A stretch of DNA of 64,000 nucleotides from Candidatus Nanoarchaeia archaeon (GCA_038874075.1 JAVZDD010000001.1:136701-200700); one strand, 5' to 3'. Positions 29,148-39,459 are shown, numbered from the stretch's first letter. Made by a program: numbers and translations. The notes: generated by a model not told the origin, from the letters alone.

Positions 29148-29821
29148 TCATCCACTTTTCTCCAAGTTGGTGGTACGTCACATGGTGTTGGAAATGCCAT
29201 GCAATTCCCAGTCTTAGGATTCATCGCATAGGTAATCACTTGGATGCATGCTGATTCATTTGCTCGTGTTCTATTCAATATTGCTTGATATTCTTGTCTC
29301 GTTTGAATCATCTGTAAAATCCTCTCATGTCCCCTACTAGCTCTTTCGATCACAAATGATGCTTTTAAACATGCAGTTGAGTTTGGTGCGATTTCACATG
29401 TCTTGTTTTTTACGTTTAGTAAAATTGTAATATGTTTCTCTGTTGCATTCAATGCATTGAGTAATCCGTTTATTGCTGCCTGGCCTTTCTGGACTGCTAT
29501 CTGATTATAAACCTCTGTTTTGTTTATTTCGTCCTCGTAGTCATCAATTAGGTTTTGGTATTTTTCTAGTTTTCCAAGTTTCTGCATTGCTCTTATTTCA
29601 GCTAATCGCATTTCTGCTAACCTAAGATGAAATTGTGCTCTCACTTGTTCTCTGAAAATAAATCTCTCTTGGAGTCGTTCGATGAATCGCTTAACCCCGT
29701 AGAGTGGACTGTCCGGTAAAATCCATGGTGTAGGTAGCTGATCTGTCTCGTTCTCTTGTGCATGCGCAATCGTAATTAACACAAAAAATAATGTGACGAT
29801 TGCCATAATCTTCTTTAACAT
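29126..29821 (-). CDS. Secreted protein with signal peptide, unknown function (start placed at an internal Met of the ORF-track ORF)
   Basis: MLKKIMAIVTLFFVLITIAHAQ signal; Cys-containing C-terminal half. Confidence 0.4.
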   Translation of the reverse strand: MLKKIMAIVTLFFVLITIAHAQENETDQLPTPWILPDSPLYGVKRFIERLQERFIFREQVRAQFHLRLAEMRLAEIRAMQKLGKLEKYQNLIDDYEDEINKTEVYNQIAVQKGQAAINGLLNALNATEKHITILLNVKNKTCEIAPNSTACLKASFVIERASRGHERILQMIQTRQEYQAILNRTRANESACIQVITYAMNPKTGNCMAFPTPCDVPPTWRKVDECPNQTI

Positions 29822-30137
29822 TTTTTTCACCTCTGTTATTATATAGAATGTTTCAAGTATATCTTTTTGACTTGAAACAATTGTGAAACAATTATTTCGG
29901 AGGCCGATTAGAAGCATCAATTAAAATACTCATATTATAAGATTAAATCTATGTGCCCTTATCAATTATCTTGTTTTTTATTTCTTTTTTACCAATGTTC
30001 TTTCTGAACCTTGTGATTAAGAAGCATGTATTTGCACCAAACCTAGCTAACTTTTATTAAGTGCATATAGAATCCAAGTTTATAATCTGTAGCTTCTTTT
30101 GGATATTCAGGTTTTTTAGCGCTTACATTTTCACAGT

Positions 30138-30518
30138 TCATCCAGTAAATTTTATTTTAATAAAATTTTCTTTAGATTGGAACAAAATGATACCTAAATA
30201 AACACCAATAAAATCTGCAATTAAATCAAAAAAACTAAAGATTCTATATGGAACAAAAGATTGATGTATTTCATCTGTCAGTGCATAAAAAAAACCAATT
30301 AAAATTGAAAATTTTTTGTCTCTTTTTGCATTGAAAATTAGAAAACCAAGGATTGAGTATTCAATCACGTGTAATGAAAATTTTGTTGGATCTAATAAGT
30401 CTATTATCTCTGGAAAATCTAAAGGTATTGAGGAGAGATAAAAAATAATTAACATATAAATGATAATAAGTGTGTAATTCAGCTCATTTCTACTATACTT
30501 AAATTTTATGTTTGGCAT
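30138..30518 (-). CDS. VanZ-like membrane protein
   Basis: Four hydrophobic segments and the ALTDEIHQSFVPYR motif typical of VanZ-family proteins. Confidence 0.55.
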   Translation of the reverse strand: MPNIKFKYSRNELNYTLIIIYMLIIFYLSSIPLDFPEIIDLLDPTKFSLHVIEYSILGFLIFNAKRDKKFSILIGFFYALTDEIHQSFVPYRIFSFFDLIADFIGVYLGIILFQSKENFIKIKFTG

Positions 30519-30523
30519 TTAAA

Positions 30524-30598
30524 TGGGCCCGGTGGGATTTGAACCCACGATCTACAGCTTAGAAGGCTGTCGCCTTATCCAGACTGGGCTACGGGCCC
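30524..30598 (-). tRNA. tRNA-Arg (anticodon UCU)
   Basis: Reverse complement GGGCCCG-UA-GCCC..ACAGC-CUUCUAA-GCUGU..GUGGG-UUCAAAU-CCCAC-CGGGCCC-A; anticodon UCU. Confidence 0.85.
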
Positions 30599-30679
30599 AC
30601 ATATTAGTTAAAATAATAGATATTTTATAATATTACCTATATAGAAATTCTTTTATTTTTATATTTCGTCTTTAAAAAT

Positions 30680-30940
30680 ATGTTCAATGAATTATTGACG
30701 TTTATTAGCATCGTTTTAACACTGGCTATTATTTTGGTAACGGTTGATTCATTAAGATGGTTGGTATTTGAGAAAGTTTATGTCGAAAACAAGTATTTTT
30801 GTATCACAGATAAGGACTGTGAGTCAATGTGTGCGTGCAAGAATGTAATTTATTCTTCTTACACATGCGAACCTGTCCCATTCAATGTAAATTTATCGTG
30901 TTCTTGTAGAGGATTTTATTGTGTAGCCAGAGCAACTTAG
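30680..30940 (+). CDS. Small membrane-anchored cysteine-rich protein (86 aa), hypothetical
   Basis: N-terminal TM (LLTFISIVLTLAIILVTV), then nine Cys in about 45 aa. Confidence 0.25.
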   Translation: MFNELLTFISIVLTLAIILVTVDSLRWLVFEKVYVENKYFCITDKDCESMCACKNVIYSSYTCEPVPFNVNLSCSCRGFYCVARAT

Positions 30941-30972
30941 TTTTATTGATAAAAATCAGCAAAAAATAAAAA

Positions 30973-33888
30973 GTGTATTTGACTAATTTAATGATTGGTG
31001 AATACATGCAAACAATTGAGATTGAGAGGAAATGGCAGGAGGAATGGAAAAAGGCAAAGATTTTTGAAGCAGAACCAGATAAAAGAAAAAAATTCTTCAT
31101 TACCGTACCTTACCCTTATACATCAGGTCCGTTGCACATAGGACATGGTAGGTCATATACGAACGGTGATATATTCGCTAGATATATGAGAATGCTAGGT
31201 TACAATGTTCTATTCCCAATGGCATTTCATATTACTGGAACACCAATTTTGAGTATATCAATGCGAATTGCGAATAATGAAAAGGAGACAATCAATCTAT
31301 TCAAAGAATACGTTTCTTTATATGAAAATGATCCAAAAAAGGTAAAAAAAATTGTTGAAAGTTTTAAGGAACCATGGAATGTGGCAAATTATTTTGCCGA
31401 AAAAATGATGGATGACTTTAAGTCAATTGGTTATTCAATTGATTGGAGGAGAAGATTTACCACTGGTGATAAGGCATACAAGGCATTTGTGCAATGGCAA
31501 TTTAGGAAATTGAAGGAAAGTGGGTATTTAATAAAAGGAAGTTATCCTGTGCTTTTTTGCATAAACTGTAATAATGCTGTTGGAGAGGATGATATAAAAG
31601 GTGGAGATGTAATTAAACCTGGGATATGTGAATTTTACTTGTTAAAGTTCAAGTTTGATGATCTTTATCTTGTTGCTGCCACGCTCAGACCAGAAACAAT
31701 TTTTGGTGTGACAAATCTTTGGCTAAATCCAAGTGCCACGTATAAAATAATTCAAATAGATGGTGAAAAATGGGTTGTATCTGAGGAGGCTGCTTTTAAA
31801 TTAAGTAAACAAAACAAAGAATTAAAAGAAATAGGAGAGATCAAAGCGAGCGAATTGATTGGCAAGTATTGCATTGAACCAATGAATAAAAATAAAATAT
31901 TAATTCTTCCAGCTGAATTTGTTGATACTTCGCAAGCAACAGGTGTTGTTTATTCTGTACCATCCCATGCACCATTTGATTACATAGGTTTAGTAGAAAT
32001 ATGGAATGGAAAATTCGTTGATGAATTCAAATTAAACATTAATGAAATTAAAAGTATAAAACCAATCTCATTGATAAAAGTGAAAGAGTTTGGTGATCAT
32101 CCCGCAATTGAACTTTGTGAAAGAGAAGGGATCAAGCAAGTAAGAGAAAAAGATAAGCTCGAGAAGGTGACACAAGAACTCTATAAACTTGAATTTTATA
32201 ATGGGATACTGAAAGAAAACTGCGGAAAGTTCGCTGGAAAAAAGGTATTTGATGCAAAGGAAGAGGTGTTCAGCTATCTTTATTCAATGAAATTAGCAGA
32301 TAAAATGTATGAAGTGAGTGCGATTGAAAAACCCGTGGTGTGTAGGTGTGGCGGTAATGTTATCGTATCTGTGATTTCTGACCAATGGTTTATTGATTAT
32401 GGTAACGAAGAATGGAAAAACAAGGCAAGAGTATGTTTAGATAGAATGGGGATTGTTCCTGAAATCTATAGAAAATTGTTTGAAGACACGATTGCATGGC
32501 TACATGAAAGGCCATGTGCAAGAAGGAGAGGTCTTGGCACGCCATTACCTTTTGATTCTAATTGGATAATTGAGTCATTAAGTGATTCCACTATTTACAT
32601 GTGTTTTTATATTATTTCAAAATACATAAATGAAGGTAAGATAAGAGCTGAGCAATTTGAAGATAAGGTGTTCGACTATGTTTTTCTTGGTAAGGGTGAA
32701 GTTGAGGACATAGAAGAAGACACTGGGATAAATAGGGAAATATTAAAGGCAATGCGCAAGGAGTTTGAATATTGGTACCCTGTAGATCAAAGACATACTG
32801 CGGTTGGGCACATCTCCAACCATCTAACATTTTATATATTCAATCACGTGGCAATATTTCCAAGCGATAAATGGCCGAAGAAAATTACATTAAATGAAAT
32901 GCTGATTCGCGAAGGTAGAAAAATGAGTAAGAGTTACGGAAACGTTTTACCGTTGGCCGAAATACCAAAAAAATATTCTGCTGATCTCTATCGTTTATAT
33001 GTCTCTTATGCTGCTGATTTGACTTCAACATTGGACTGGAGGGAAAATGATATAAAAAATGTTGCTGGAAAAATCGAGAGATTTTACAATATACTGGCGC
33101 ATGTAAAAAAAGGAAAATTCAGAAAAAGTATGTTAAAAAGATGGTTGATTTCAAGATTCAATAGAAAAATTAAGATGGCAGATGAATGTATAAAAAGTTT
33201 TAAGATAAGAGATTACATTCAGCATGCATTCTTTGATGTCCTGAATGACATCAATCACTTCGAACGTAGGGAAACGGACAAAAAAGAAGTTAATAGATTT
33301 TTATATTCAATTGCTGATGAATGGATAAGATTAATGTCACCAGTGATACCTCACTTATGTGAGGAACTTTGGCATTCACTTGGAAAAAAATCATTTGTTT
33401 CAATTGAAAAATGGCCGAGCGCAAATGATAAGTTGATTGATGATAAGATAGAATTAGCTGAAGAAACGATCATGAATACTCATGCCGACATTGTACAGAT
33501 AATTGAGTTAATAAAAAAACAACCAAAGAAAATAAATTTATTTATTGCAAGTGAGTGGAAATTTAAATTTTTGAATAAGTTAATCAAAATTTTTAATGAA
33601 AATAAAAAAATTGATTTTAATTTTATTATGGAAAAAATTAAAGAAGAAGATTTTTGGAAGGAAAAGAAGGAAGATGTCATTGTATTATTGAAAAAATTTG
33701 TGAAAGAGCCGGGTAAATTACCTAGTATAATCAATGAAAGAAATATCGAATTAAAGGCTTTTTTAGAAGCAAAGAATTTTTTTGAAAATGAATTTAAATG
33801 TAGTGTAGAAATAATAAAGGAAGAGAAGGCAACGATTGAAAAGGCAAGACAAGCAATGCCTGGAAAACCAGCAATATATGTGGAATAA
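30973..33888 (+). CDS. leuS: Leucyl-tRNA synthetase (archaeal type); true start possibly the internal Met at 31006
   Basis: PYTSGPLHIGHGRSY (HIGH), KMSKSYGN (KMSKS), CP1 editing-domain-like insert; 971 aa. Confidence 0.95.
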   Translation: MYLTNLMIGEYMQTIEIERKWQEEWKKAKIFEAEPDKRKKFFITVPYPYTSGPLHIGHGRSYTNGDIFARYMRMLGYNVLFPMAFHITGTPILSISMRIANNEKETINLFKEYVSLYENDPKKVKKIVESFKEPWNVANYFAEKMMDDFKSIGYSIDWRRRFTTGDKAYKAFVQWQFRKLKESGYLIKGSYPVLFCINCNNAVGEDDIKGGDVIKPGICEFYLLKFKFDDLYLVAATLRPETIFGVTNLWLNPSATYKIIQIDGEKWVVSEEAAFKLSKQNKELKEIGEIKASELIGKYCIEPMNKNKILILPAEFVDTSQATGVVYSVPSHAPFDYIGLVEIWNGKFVDEFKLNINEIKSIKPISLIKVKEFGDHPAIELCEREGIKQVREKDKLEKVTQELYKLEFYNGILKENCGKFAGKKVFDAKEEVFSYLYSMKLADKMYEVSAIEKPVVCRCGGNVIVSVISDQWFIDYGNEEWKNKARVCLDRMGIVPEIYRKLFEDTIAWLHERPCARRRGLGTPLPFDSNWIIESLSDSTIYMCFYIISKYINEGKIRAEQFEDKVFDYVFLGKGEVEDIEEDTGINREILKAMRKEFEYWYPVDQRHTAVGHISNHLTFYIFNHVAIFPSDKWPKKITLNEMLIREGRKMSKSYGNVLPLAEIPKKYSADLYRLYVSYAADLTSTLDWRENDIKNVAGKIERFYNILAHVKKGKFRKSMLKRWLISRFNRKIKMADECIKSFKIRDYIQHAFFDVLNDINHFERRETDKKEVNRFLYSIADEWIRLMSPVIPHLCEELWHSLGKKSFVSIEKWPSANDKLIDDKIELAEETIMNTHADIVQIIELIKKQPKKINLFIASEWKFKFLNKLIKIFNENKKIDFNFIMEKIKEEDFWKEKKEDVIVLLKKFVKEPGKLPSIINERNIELKAFLEAKNFFENEFKCSVEIIKEEKATIEKARQAMPGKPAIYVE

Positions 33889-33893
33889 CCATC

Positions 33894-34199
33894 ATGAAAA
33901 AAATATTGGTTTTTTTATGTTTTTTGGATATATTCTCTGGGTTCGTTCTTCTTTATAGCAATTTTTTCGTAAAGTTGGGTCTGCTTTTCATGCTGATAAT
34001 GTATTTATATATAATAAAGGGAAGCTGGTCAATTTTTTCAAGTGCAAGTGTTGGATATTATTATGATTGGATGGGTTTTGTTGACATGACTACAGGTATT
34101 TCTTTATTATTTGCCTACTACAATGTATACAATTTCAATATCTTTGGTGTAATAATGATAATAAAAGGATTATTTTGTCTCTTTAGTTTGGTTTTTTGA
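33894..34199 (+). CDS. Small integral membrane protein (101 aa), hypothetical
   Basis: Three to four hydrophobic helices, no motif. Confidence 0.3.
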   Translation: MKKILVFLCFLDIFSGFVLLYSNFFVKLGLLFMLIMYLYIIKGSWSIFSSASVGYYYDWMGFVDMTTGISLLFAYYNVYNFNIFGVIMIIKGLFCLFSLVF

Positions 34200-34200
34200 G

Positions 34201-34389
34201 TCACTCTTCTTTTTTCTTTAAAAATGTGATGTAACCTGCGATTTTATTTCTCATTTTCTTTGATGAAAATGTAATTAGTTCGTTTAATACTTGTTTATTG
34301 TGCTCAAAATCCTTTGTAAATCTATCCTGATACTTATCAAATATTTTCTTACCCTCACTTTTTATTAATTTTGTTCTGACTCTACCCAT
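34201..34389 (-). CDS. rps17e: 30S ribosomal protein eS17
   Basis: MGRVRTKLIKSEGKKIFDKYQDRFTKDFEHNKQVL, the S17e family N-terminus. Confidence 0.85.
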   Translation of the reverse strand: MGRVRTKLIKSEGKKIFDKYQDRFTKDFEHNKQVLNELITFSSKKMRNKIAGYITFLKKKEE

Positions 34390-34393
34390 TTTC

Positions 34394-35890
34394 TCACTTT
34401 ATAATGATTGGATTAATCTGTTTTAGAATATCTATTGCTTTATCAATTTTTCCCTCGCTTTCTGAATATAAAGTAAGCAATTTTTCTCTTTTTTTGACAT
34501 GGCTGTCGATGTGCTTATGTAAATATATTCCTGCTCCTTTATCTCTCGGACAACCTAATATCCTAGCAATATAAGAAATCATTGTATTGTCTATGAGTTC
34601 AACTTTCCCTGTTCTATCTGATAAAAAATCATAGGAATATTTGCCAATTGATATATCACTCACATTAACGTTTGGATTTCCATTCTGTGCTTTTATTATC
34701 TCGCGCATTTTCTTCAACGCTTTACCGGATATTAATATTTGCTCCGCTATTTTTCTACCTTTACCCCTCCTTACTTTACCACTCATTTCAAGTAGGTTCG
34801 CTGCAAGATTTAATGATTTTTCCCTAAGGTCTCTTGGTCCACGATTGTGTAAAACAAGTAAAACATCCCTTGCCTCGAGTGCTGGACCAATTCCATTACC
34901 AATTGGTTCATCACCACTTGTAAACACAGTCTGAATGTTTATGTTTAGTCTGGCGCCAAGTCTCAAGAATTGTCTTTGTAGGTGCCTTGCATGCTCAATG
35001 TCTTCAACTTTTCCTCCTTTTCCAATCGGTATATCAATCAATATATGCGTAGAACCAACAGCCATTTTCTTTGCGAGTATACTTGCCAGCATCTGTGATT
35101 CTGGGTCAAGTGAGAATGGATGCTCAATTTTTATGATCTTATCATCGGCTGGAGCTAAATTTAGACTGCCACCCCAAACAATACATCCATTTGTTTTTAA
35201 TACAATCTTTTTTAATTCATTTATATCAAAAGTTACATTCGCCAATACTTCCATTGTATCAGCAGTGCCAGCTGGTGAAGTAATCGCCCTCGAACTTGTT
35301 TTTGGTATAATCAAACCATATGCTGCGATGATGGGAACAATTATCATCGTAATTCTATTACCTGGCACACCACCTATTGAATGGAGATCCATTATTGGGT
35401 ATCTTTTAAGTTTCAATCTCTCCCCAGTATCAATCATCGCCTTCGTTAAGTGATACGTCTCTTCCAGACTCATACCTTTCATATAACAGGCAGAAACAAA
35501 GTATGTTAATTCGATTTCAGTAAGATTGTTTTTAACAATATCATTCACGATTGAATATATTTCATTTTTATTTAATTCTTCACCATTTATCTTTTTCTTT
35601 ATTGCTTCAATTGAACTTGGTTTTTCTGCAAGTTCAAATTCAATTGTATCACCGTCTCTCAATTTAAGATCTTTCCAAACTTCTCTGAATGTACCAATTA
35701 AACCTTCTCCGAGAATTACGCTCGCGAGATCAACTACCACAGTTAAACTTTTATTTCCTTTCTTTATCACTGCCCTATCCATAGGAAAAATACCAATGTT
35801 CTTTGCAAACTCCTCATTCAAAATTACGATGTGTTTTCCACCAGCGGTTAAATCAAAATTCCTCACTTTCAGCTTCATTTTAACCCCCAT
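34394..35890 (-). CDS. deoA: AMP phosphorylase (thymidine phosphorylase/DeoA family, long archaeal form)
   Basis: 498 aa with N-terminal extension; pyrimidine-nucleoside-phosphorylase family motifs (HSIGGVPGNRITMIIVPIIAA..TSSRAITSPAGTADTME); adjacent to RuBisCO III and R15P isomerase. Confidence 0.85.
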   Translation of the reverse strand: MGVKMKLKVRNFDLTAGGKHIVILNEEFAKNIGIFPMDRAVIKKGNKSLTVVVDLASVILGEGLIGTFREVWKDLKLRDGDTIEFELAEKPSSIEAIKKKINGEELNKNEIYSIVNDIVKNNLTEIELTYFVSACYMKGMSLEETYHLTKAMIDTGERLKLKRYPIMDLHSIGGVPGNRITMIIVPIIAAYGLIIPKTSSRAITSPAGTADTMEVLANVTFDINELKKIVLKTNGCIVWGGSLNLAPADDKIIKIEHPFSLDPESQMLASILAKKMAVGSTHILIDIPIGKGGKVEDIEHARHLQRQFLRLGARLNINIQTVFTSGDEPIGNGIGPALEARDVLLVLHNRGPRDLREKSLNLAANLLEMSGKVRRGKGRKIAEQILISGKALKKMREIIKAQNGNPNVNVSDISIGKYSYDFLSDRTGKVELIDNTMISYIARILGCPRDKGAGIYLHKHIDSHVKKREKLLTLYSESEGKIDKAIDILKQINPIIIK

Positions 35891-37101
35891 TTTTTAATTG
35901 CTAATTTTAATTCTTTTTTGTTTTTCATATAATCTTCGATCGGAATTCCATTGACTACTGCATCTATTGCCTGTCTCATTGCTTTTGCTCCAGAAAAAGT
36001 ACCATTTGGATGACCATGAACCCCTCCTCCAGCTTGTATAATAATATCTTTACCAAGTAATTCGATTAATTTTGGTATGGAACCTGGATGAAGTCCACCA
36101 GAGGCAACGGGGAATACAGATTTCAAACCAAAAAATTCTGATTTTAAAAACGAATTTATTTCTTTGGTTTCCTCTTCTCCACTTTCCATTTTCCCGATGT
36201 TTGCTGTGCCTGTGTGTATTTGATCTACACCAATGAGCCTTGATATTTTTGCGATTACTAACATTGAAATCCCGTGCTTTCCTTTTGTAAAAATTGCATG
36301 GCCTGCCCTGTGGGCGTGCAAAACTAATTTTAATTCATCATTCTCATTTCTTAGGGTCTGAAGCGCTGACCATCCTAATGTAATTATATCTACCATCACA
36401 TATTCATTACCAACTTCTCTAACAATCCTGGCCCTTCTCAGCATCTCCTTGACTTCAGCTGTAATATTTATCATGTAGATTTTCTTCTCTCCTGTTTCCT
36501 TCTCTGCTTTCTCCTTTGCATTGAATGTTTTTCTGAGTCTTTTTTCAAACCTATTAAACGAGAGTGAGGATAAATTCTCATCATCCTTAACGATATCAAT
36601 ACCGCCAGTCCAAGCTTCGTACGCTACTCTTGCATGTTCATTTTCGTTCAAACCAAGCTTTGGTTTTATTATCGTCCCGCATAATGGTCTATCATAAACT
36701 TTCAATAATTTTCTTATGCCATGAATTCCAAAGAGTGGACCTTTAAAAGATTTTACAATTTTTTCTGGAAAAATGATATTTTGAAGTTTCAAATTTTTGA
36801 TGATGTTCATTCCAAAGATGTTACCTGCGATACTTGAAAGAATTTGTGATATATTCCCTTCTTCAAATAATTCAATAGGATACGCGATTTTAACTTTATT
36901 TTTATCAATTTCAAAAACCTTTGCCCCCAATCTTTTTATCCTATATTTCATCGTCGCTACGTCAGTCCATGTGCCAATGCTTGACTCTGCAGCTATCTGT
37001 TCTGCAACCTTTTTAAATGGTATATCACGTGATGGTTCTACATAAAATTCTGTAATAAGGTCATTTTTTGATGGTTCATATTTTAAATTTATGTAACTCA
37101 C
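35875..37101 (-). CDS. rbcL: Ribulose-1,5-bisphosphate carboxylase large subunit, form III
   Basis: GGIDIVKDDENLSS (compare GGLDFTKDDE), IKPKLGLNENEHARVAYEAWTGG (carbamylated-Lys region), HAHRAGHA. Confidence 0.9.
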   Translation of the reverse strand: MSYINLKYEPSKNDLITEFYVEPSRDIPFKKVAEQIAAESSIGTWTDVATMKYRIKRLGAKVFEIDKNKVKIAYPIELFEEGNISQILSSIAGNIFGMNIIKNLKLQNIIFPEKIVKSFKGPLFGIHGIRKLLKVYDRPLCGTIIKPKLGLNENEHARVAYEAWTGGIDIVKDDENLSSLSFNRFEKRLRKTFNAKEKAEKETGEKKIYMINITAEVKEMLRRARIVREVGNEYVMVDIITLGWSALQTLRNENDELKLVLHAHRAGHAIFTKGKHGISMLVIAKISRLIGVDQIHTGTANIGKMESGEEETKEINSFLKSEFFGLKSVFPVASGGLHPGSIPKLIELLGKDIIIQAGGGVHGHPNGTFSGAKAMRQAIDAVVNGIPIEDYMKNKKELKLAIKKWGLK

Positions 37102-37105
37102 CTCG

Positions 37106-38029
37106 CTACCTCCTAAATAACCATGGATATTTTGATTGAATGATATGAATCAAGACTTGTGGGTGTTGGATTCCCTCCTCGCTAATTATGCCTGTTATGT
37201 ATTCATTTTCAGTCAAATCAAATGCTGGGTTTCTTATTTCTATCATTTTTCTCTTCGTCTTCCAAATTTCATTTCTATCTCTTTCCTCAATTATATAAGT
37301 TTCATCCAAACTTCTTGGATCAAACTTATATAATTCACATGCAACATAGAATGGAACCCATGCTTTTTTTGCAGCCAGCGCAATTAAAGAAGTACCAACT
37401 TTGTTTATTATCCCTTTTGGGGTGATTGCATCTGCACCAACAATGACGATATTCGCTTTCTCTATCATATAACTTGATGCGGCATCAACAATCATTGTCG
37501 TAGGTATACCAAGTGCACTTAACTCTTTTGCTGTTTTTCTTCCTTGAAATAGTGGTCTCGTCTCAGTACATATCACACTAAATCTTTTCCCGTTCTCTTT
37601 TGCCTTTTTAAGAATACCCATAACCGTTGAACTGTGGCAGTGAGTGAAGACAATTTCCTCGTCTTTTATAAGCGTGGAACCAACTTCTGCTATCTTGTTT
37701 TTTGCGCTTTCCAAATTGTGTAAAAATTCATTGGAATACAAGGATACAAGATGCTTTAGCTCTTTTATTTCATTAACGGGATTCTTTTCTAACATTGTGA
37801 TGATAAAATTCAGTGAATTTAACATCAAAGGTTCGGTTGGCCTTGATTCTGCTAAAATTTTTTTTGCCTCTTCAATTTTATTTATAAACTCATACTTATC
37901 ATTCACTTCTAATTTCTCACTAAATTCCTGTATTCTTTGAAGCGCAGATTTAGCGATATTTTCTGCTCCTTGAATCTTCAATTCTTTTATTTTACTTGCA
38001 GTTCTTTCAATAATATCGAATTGCTTCAC
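37106..38029 (-). CDS. Ribose-1,5-bisphosphate isomerase (eIF-2B alpha/beta/delta-like, e2b2 family)
   Basis: 307 aa; eIF2B-like fold signatures (IVVGADAITPKG...); gene order with AMPpase and RuBisCO III. Confidence 0.8.
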   Translation of the reverse strand: MKQFDIIERTASKIKELKIQGAENIAKSALQRIQEFSEKLEVNDKYEFINKIEEAKKILAESRPTEPLMLNSLNFIITMLEKNPVNEIKELKHLVSLYSNEFLHNLESAKNKIAEVGSTLIKDEEIVFTHCHSSTVMGILKKAKENGKRFSVICTETRPLFQGRKTAKELSALGIPTTMIVDAASSYMIEKANIVIVGADAITPKGIINKVGTSLIALAAKKAWVPFYVACELYKFDPRSLDETYIIEERDRNEIWKTKRKMIEIRNPAFDLTENEYITGIISEEGIQHPQVLIHIIQSKYPWLFRR

Positions 38030-38068
38030 AAGAAATTAATAAAAATTGATTTATTAAAAAAGTTATGA

Positions 38069-38347
38069 TTAAAATTCCTCTGTCAATCTAGTAACATCGT
38101 CAACGCTAACATCACTTATTCCTTTTATCTTCCTTATTTCCTCCTCTATTTTCTCAGTTCCACCCTTTGATTCATCCATTATAAATGTAAATACGATCGC
38201 ATTTATACCATATGCAATTGGTTGTATTCTTATATTTGCTATTTTACCGTGTTTATTTAGTATCTGTCTTGTTGCTTCCCCAATCTCTTCAAGTTTTATA
38301 TTTGGATTTTCCGGAAGTATTTTTAGTGTGACTGCAACTTGCGCCAT
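38069..38347 (-). CDS. Elongation factor 1-beta (aEF-1beta)
   Basis: MAQVAVTLKILPENPNIKLEEIGE...DVSVDDVTRL, the aEF1-beta family; 92 aa. Confidence 0.85.
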   Translation of the reverse strand: MAQVAVTLKILPENPNIKLEEIGEATRQILNKHGKIANIRIQPIAYGINAIVFTFIMDESKGGTEKIEEEIRKIKGISDVSVDDVTRLTEEF

Positions 38348-38351
38348 TTAT

Positions 38352-38891
38352 TCACCCCATTTTCTTTAGTGGAAGTTCCATCACGATTTGATTAATGTAT
38401 TTACCTTTATAAAATATTCTATTTTTTAATACGGCAACCCTCTTAAACCCTATTTTTTCATATACATGCTGCGCTACTTTGTTATTAGCATAAACAGTCA
38501 AATACAACAACTTCAGATCTCTATCTTTCTTTGCTAATTTTATAATTGCTCTTATCATCTCCTTACCAATTCCTAAGTTTCTATATTCTCTAATCACGGA
38601 CACGCCAAGTTCACCAGTATGTTTCTCCCTAAAACGACCCTTTCTTATTTCAACTGCACCAATTATTTTTCCATCAATCTCAGCAACTAAATATATCTTT
38701 CTTTTTTTATTTATGTCTTCAATAACGCCCTTCAACCACTTTCTCTCCTCTTTAAATGTCATTCTACGGTTGCAGAGTATTGGTGCATCTTCTCTTACCA
38801 GAGAGTTGATAAAATTTAGAAGTCCTTTGACATCACTCATCTTCGGTTTTCTCAGAACAACTTTTCTTCCATCCTTTGCTTTTATTATCAT
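38352..38891 (-). CDS. GNAT family N-acetyltransferase (start moved to an internal Met to avoid overlap with the Zn-ribbon gene)
   Basis: REYRNLGIGKEMIRAIIKLAKK (motif A Q/RxxGxG/A) and the typical GNAT core. Confidence 0.75.
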   Translation of the reverse strand: MIIKAKDGRKVVLRKPKMSDVKGLLNFINSLVREDAPILCNRRMTFKEERKWLKGVIEDINKKRKIYLVAEIDGKIIGAVEIRKGRFREKHTGELGVSVIREYRNLGIGKEMIRAIIKLAKKDRDLKLLYLTVYANNKVAQHVYEKIGFKRVAVLKNRIFYKGKYINQIVMELPLKKMG

Positions 38892-38892
38892 T

Positions 38893-39063
38893 TCATGGAC
38901 CTGTAAAATGGCATTCTGGACACTCATATGGAACTGCTAAAATTCTGCATTTGCCACATCTCACTATCTTGGTCTTTCCACAATTTGGGCAATTAAATAT
39001 TGTTGAATTTTCAACCGTACTTATGTCTGTTTTGCATGTACTACAGTATTCTTTGCTTCTCAT
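38893..39063 (-). CDS. Small zinc-ribbon protein of the COG2888 type (56 aa), unlisted in the ORF track
   Basis: Hand translation MRSKEYCSTCKTDISTVENSTIFNCPNCGKTKIVRCGKCRILAVPYECPECHFTGP: two CxxC pairs plus a CxxC..CPxC ribbon. This family is typically encoded next to aEF-1beta in archaea. Confidence 0.6.
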   Translation of the reverse strand: MRSKEYCSTCKTDISTVENSTIFNCPNCGKTKIVRCGKCRILAVPYECPECHFTGP

Positions 39064-39108
39064 CTGCCTAAAAAAAGCTTTTATTGTTTAAAAGTTTTTC
39101 TAAAATAG

Positions 39109-39459
39109 ATGAAACAAGTAATTGTAATAAGAAGTGACTTAAAATTAAGTAGGGGTAAGGCTTGTGTACAAGTGGCTCACGCATCATTAGTTAGTGCTTT
39201 AAAGGTACAAAAGAAGAATGAAAAACTATTCAAAAAATGGTTATTAGATGGACAAAAAAAAGTAGTACTAAAAGTAAGGGGTGAAAAGGAGCTCTTAGAG
39301 ATCTATGAAAAGGCAAGGGAAAATGATTTGGTTTGTGAAGTAATAAGGGATGCTGGGCTCACAGAGTTAGAACCTGGAACAATCACGTGTATTGGGATAG
39401 GCCCTGATGAAGAAAAAAAGATAGATAAGATAACTGGCAGCTTACCGCTTTTAAAATAA
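39109..39459 (+). CDS. pth2: Peptidyl-tRNA hydrolase, archaeal/eukaryotic type (Pth2)
   Basis: MKQVIVIRSDLKLSRGKACVQVAHAS...TVLAVGP-like core; 116 aa. Confidence 0.9.
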   Translation: MKQVIVIRSDLKLSRGKACVQVAHASLVSALKVQKKNEKLFKKWLLDGQKKVVLKVRGEKELLEIYEKARENDLVCEVIRDAGLTELEPGTITCIGIGPDEEKKIDKITGSLPLLK

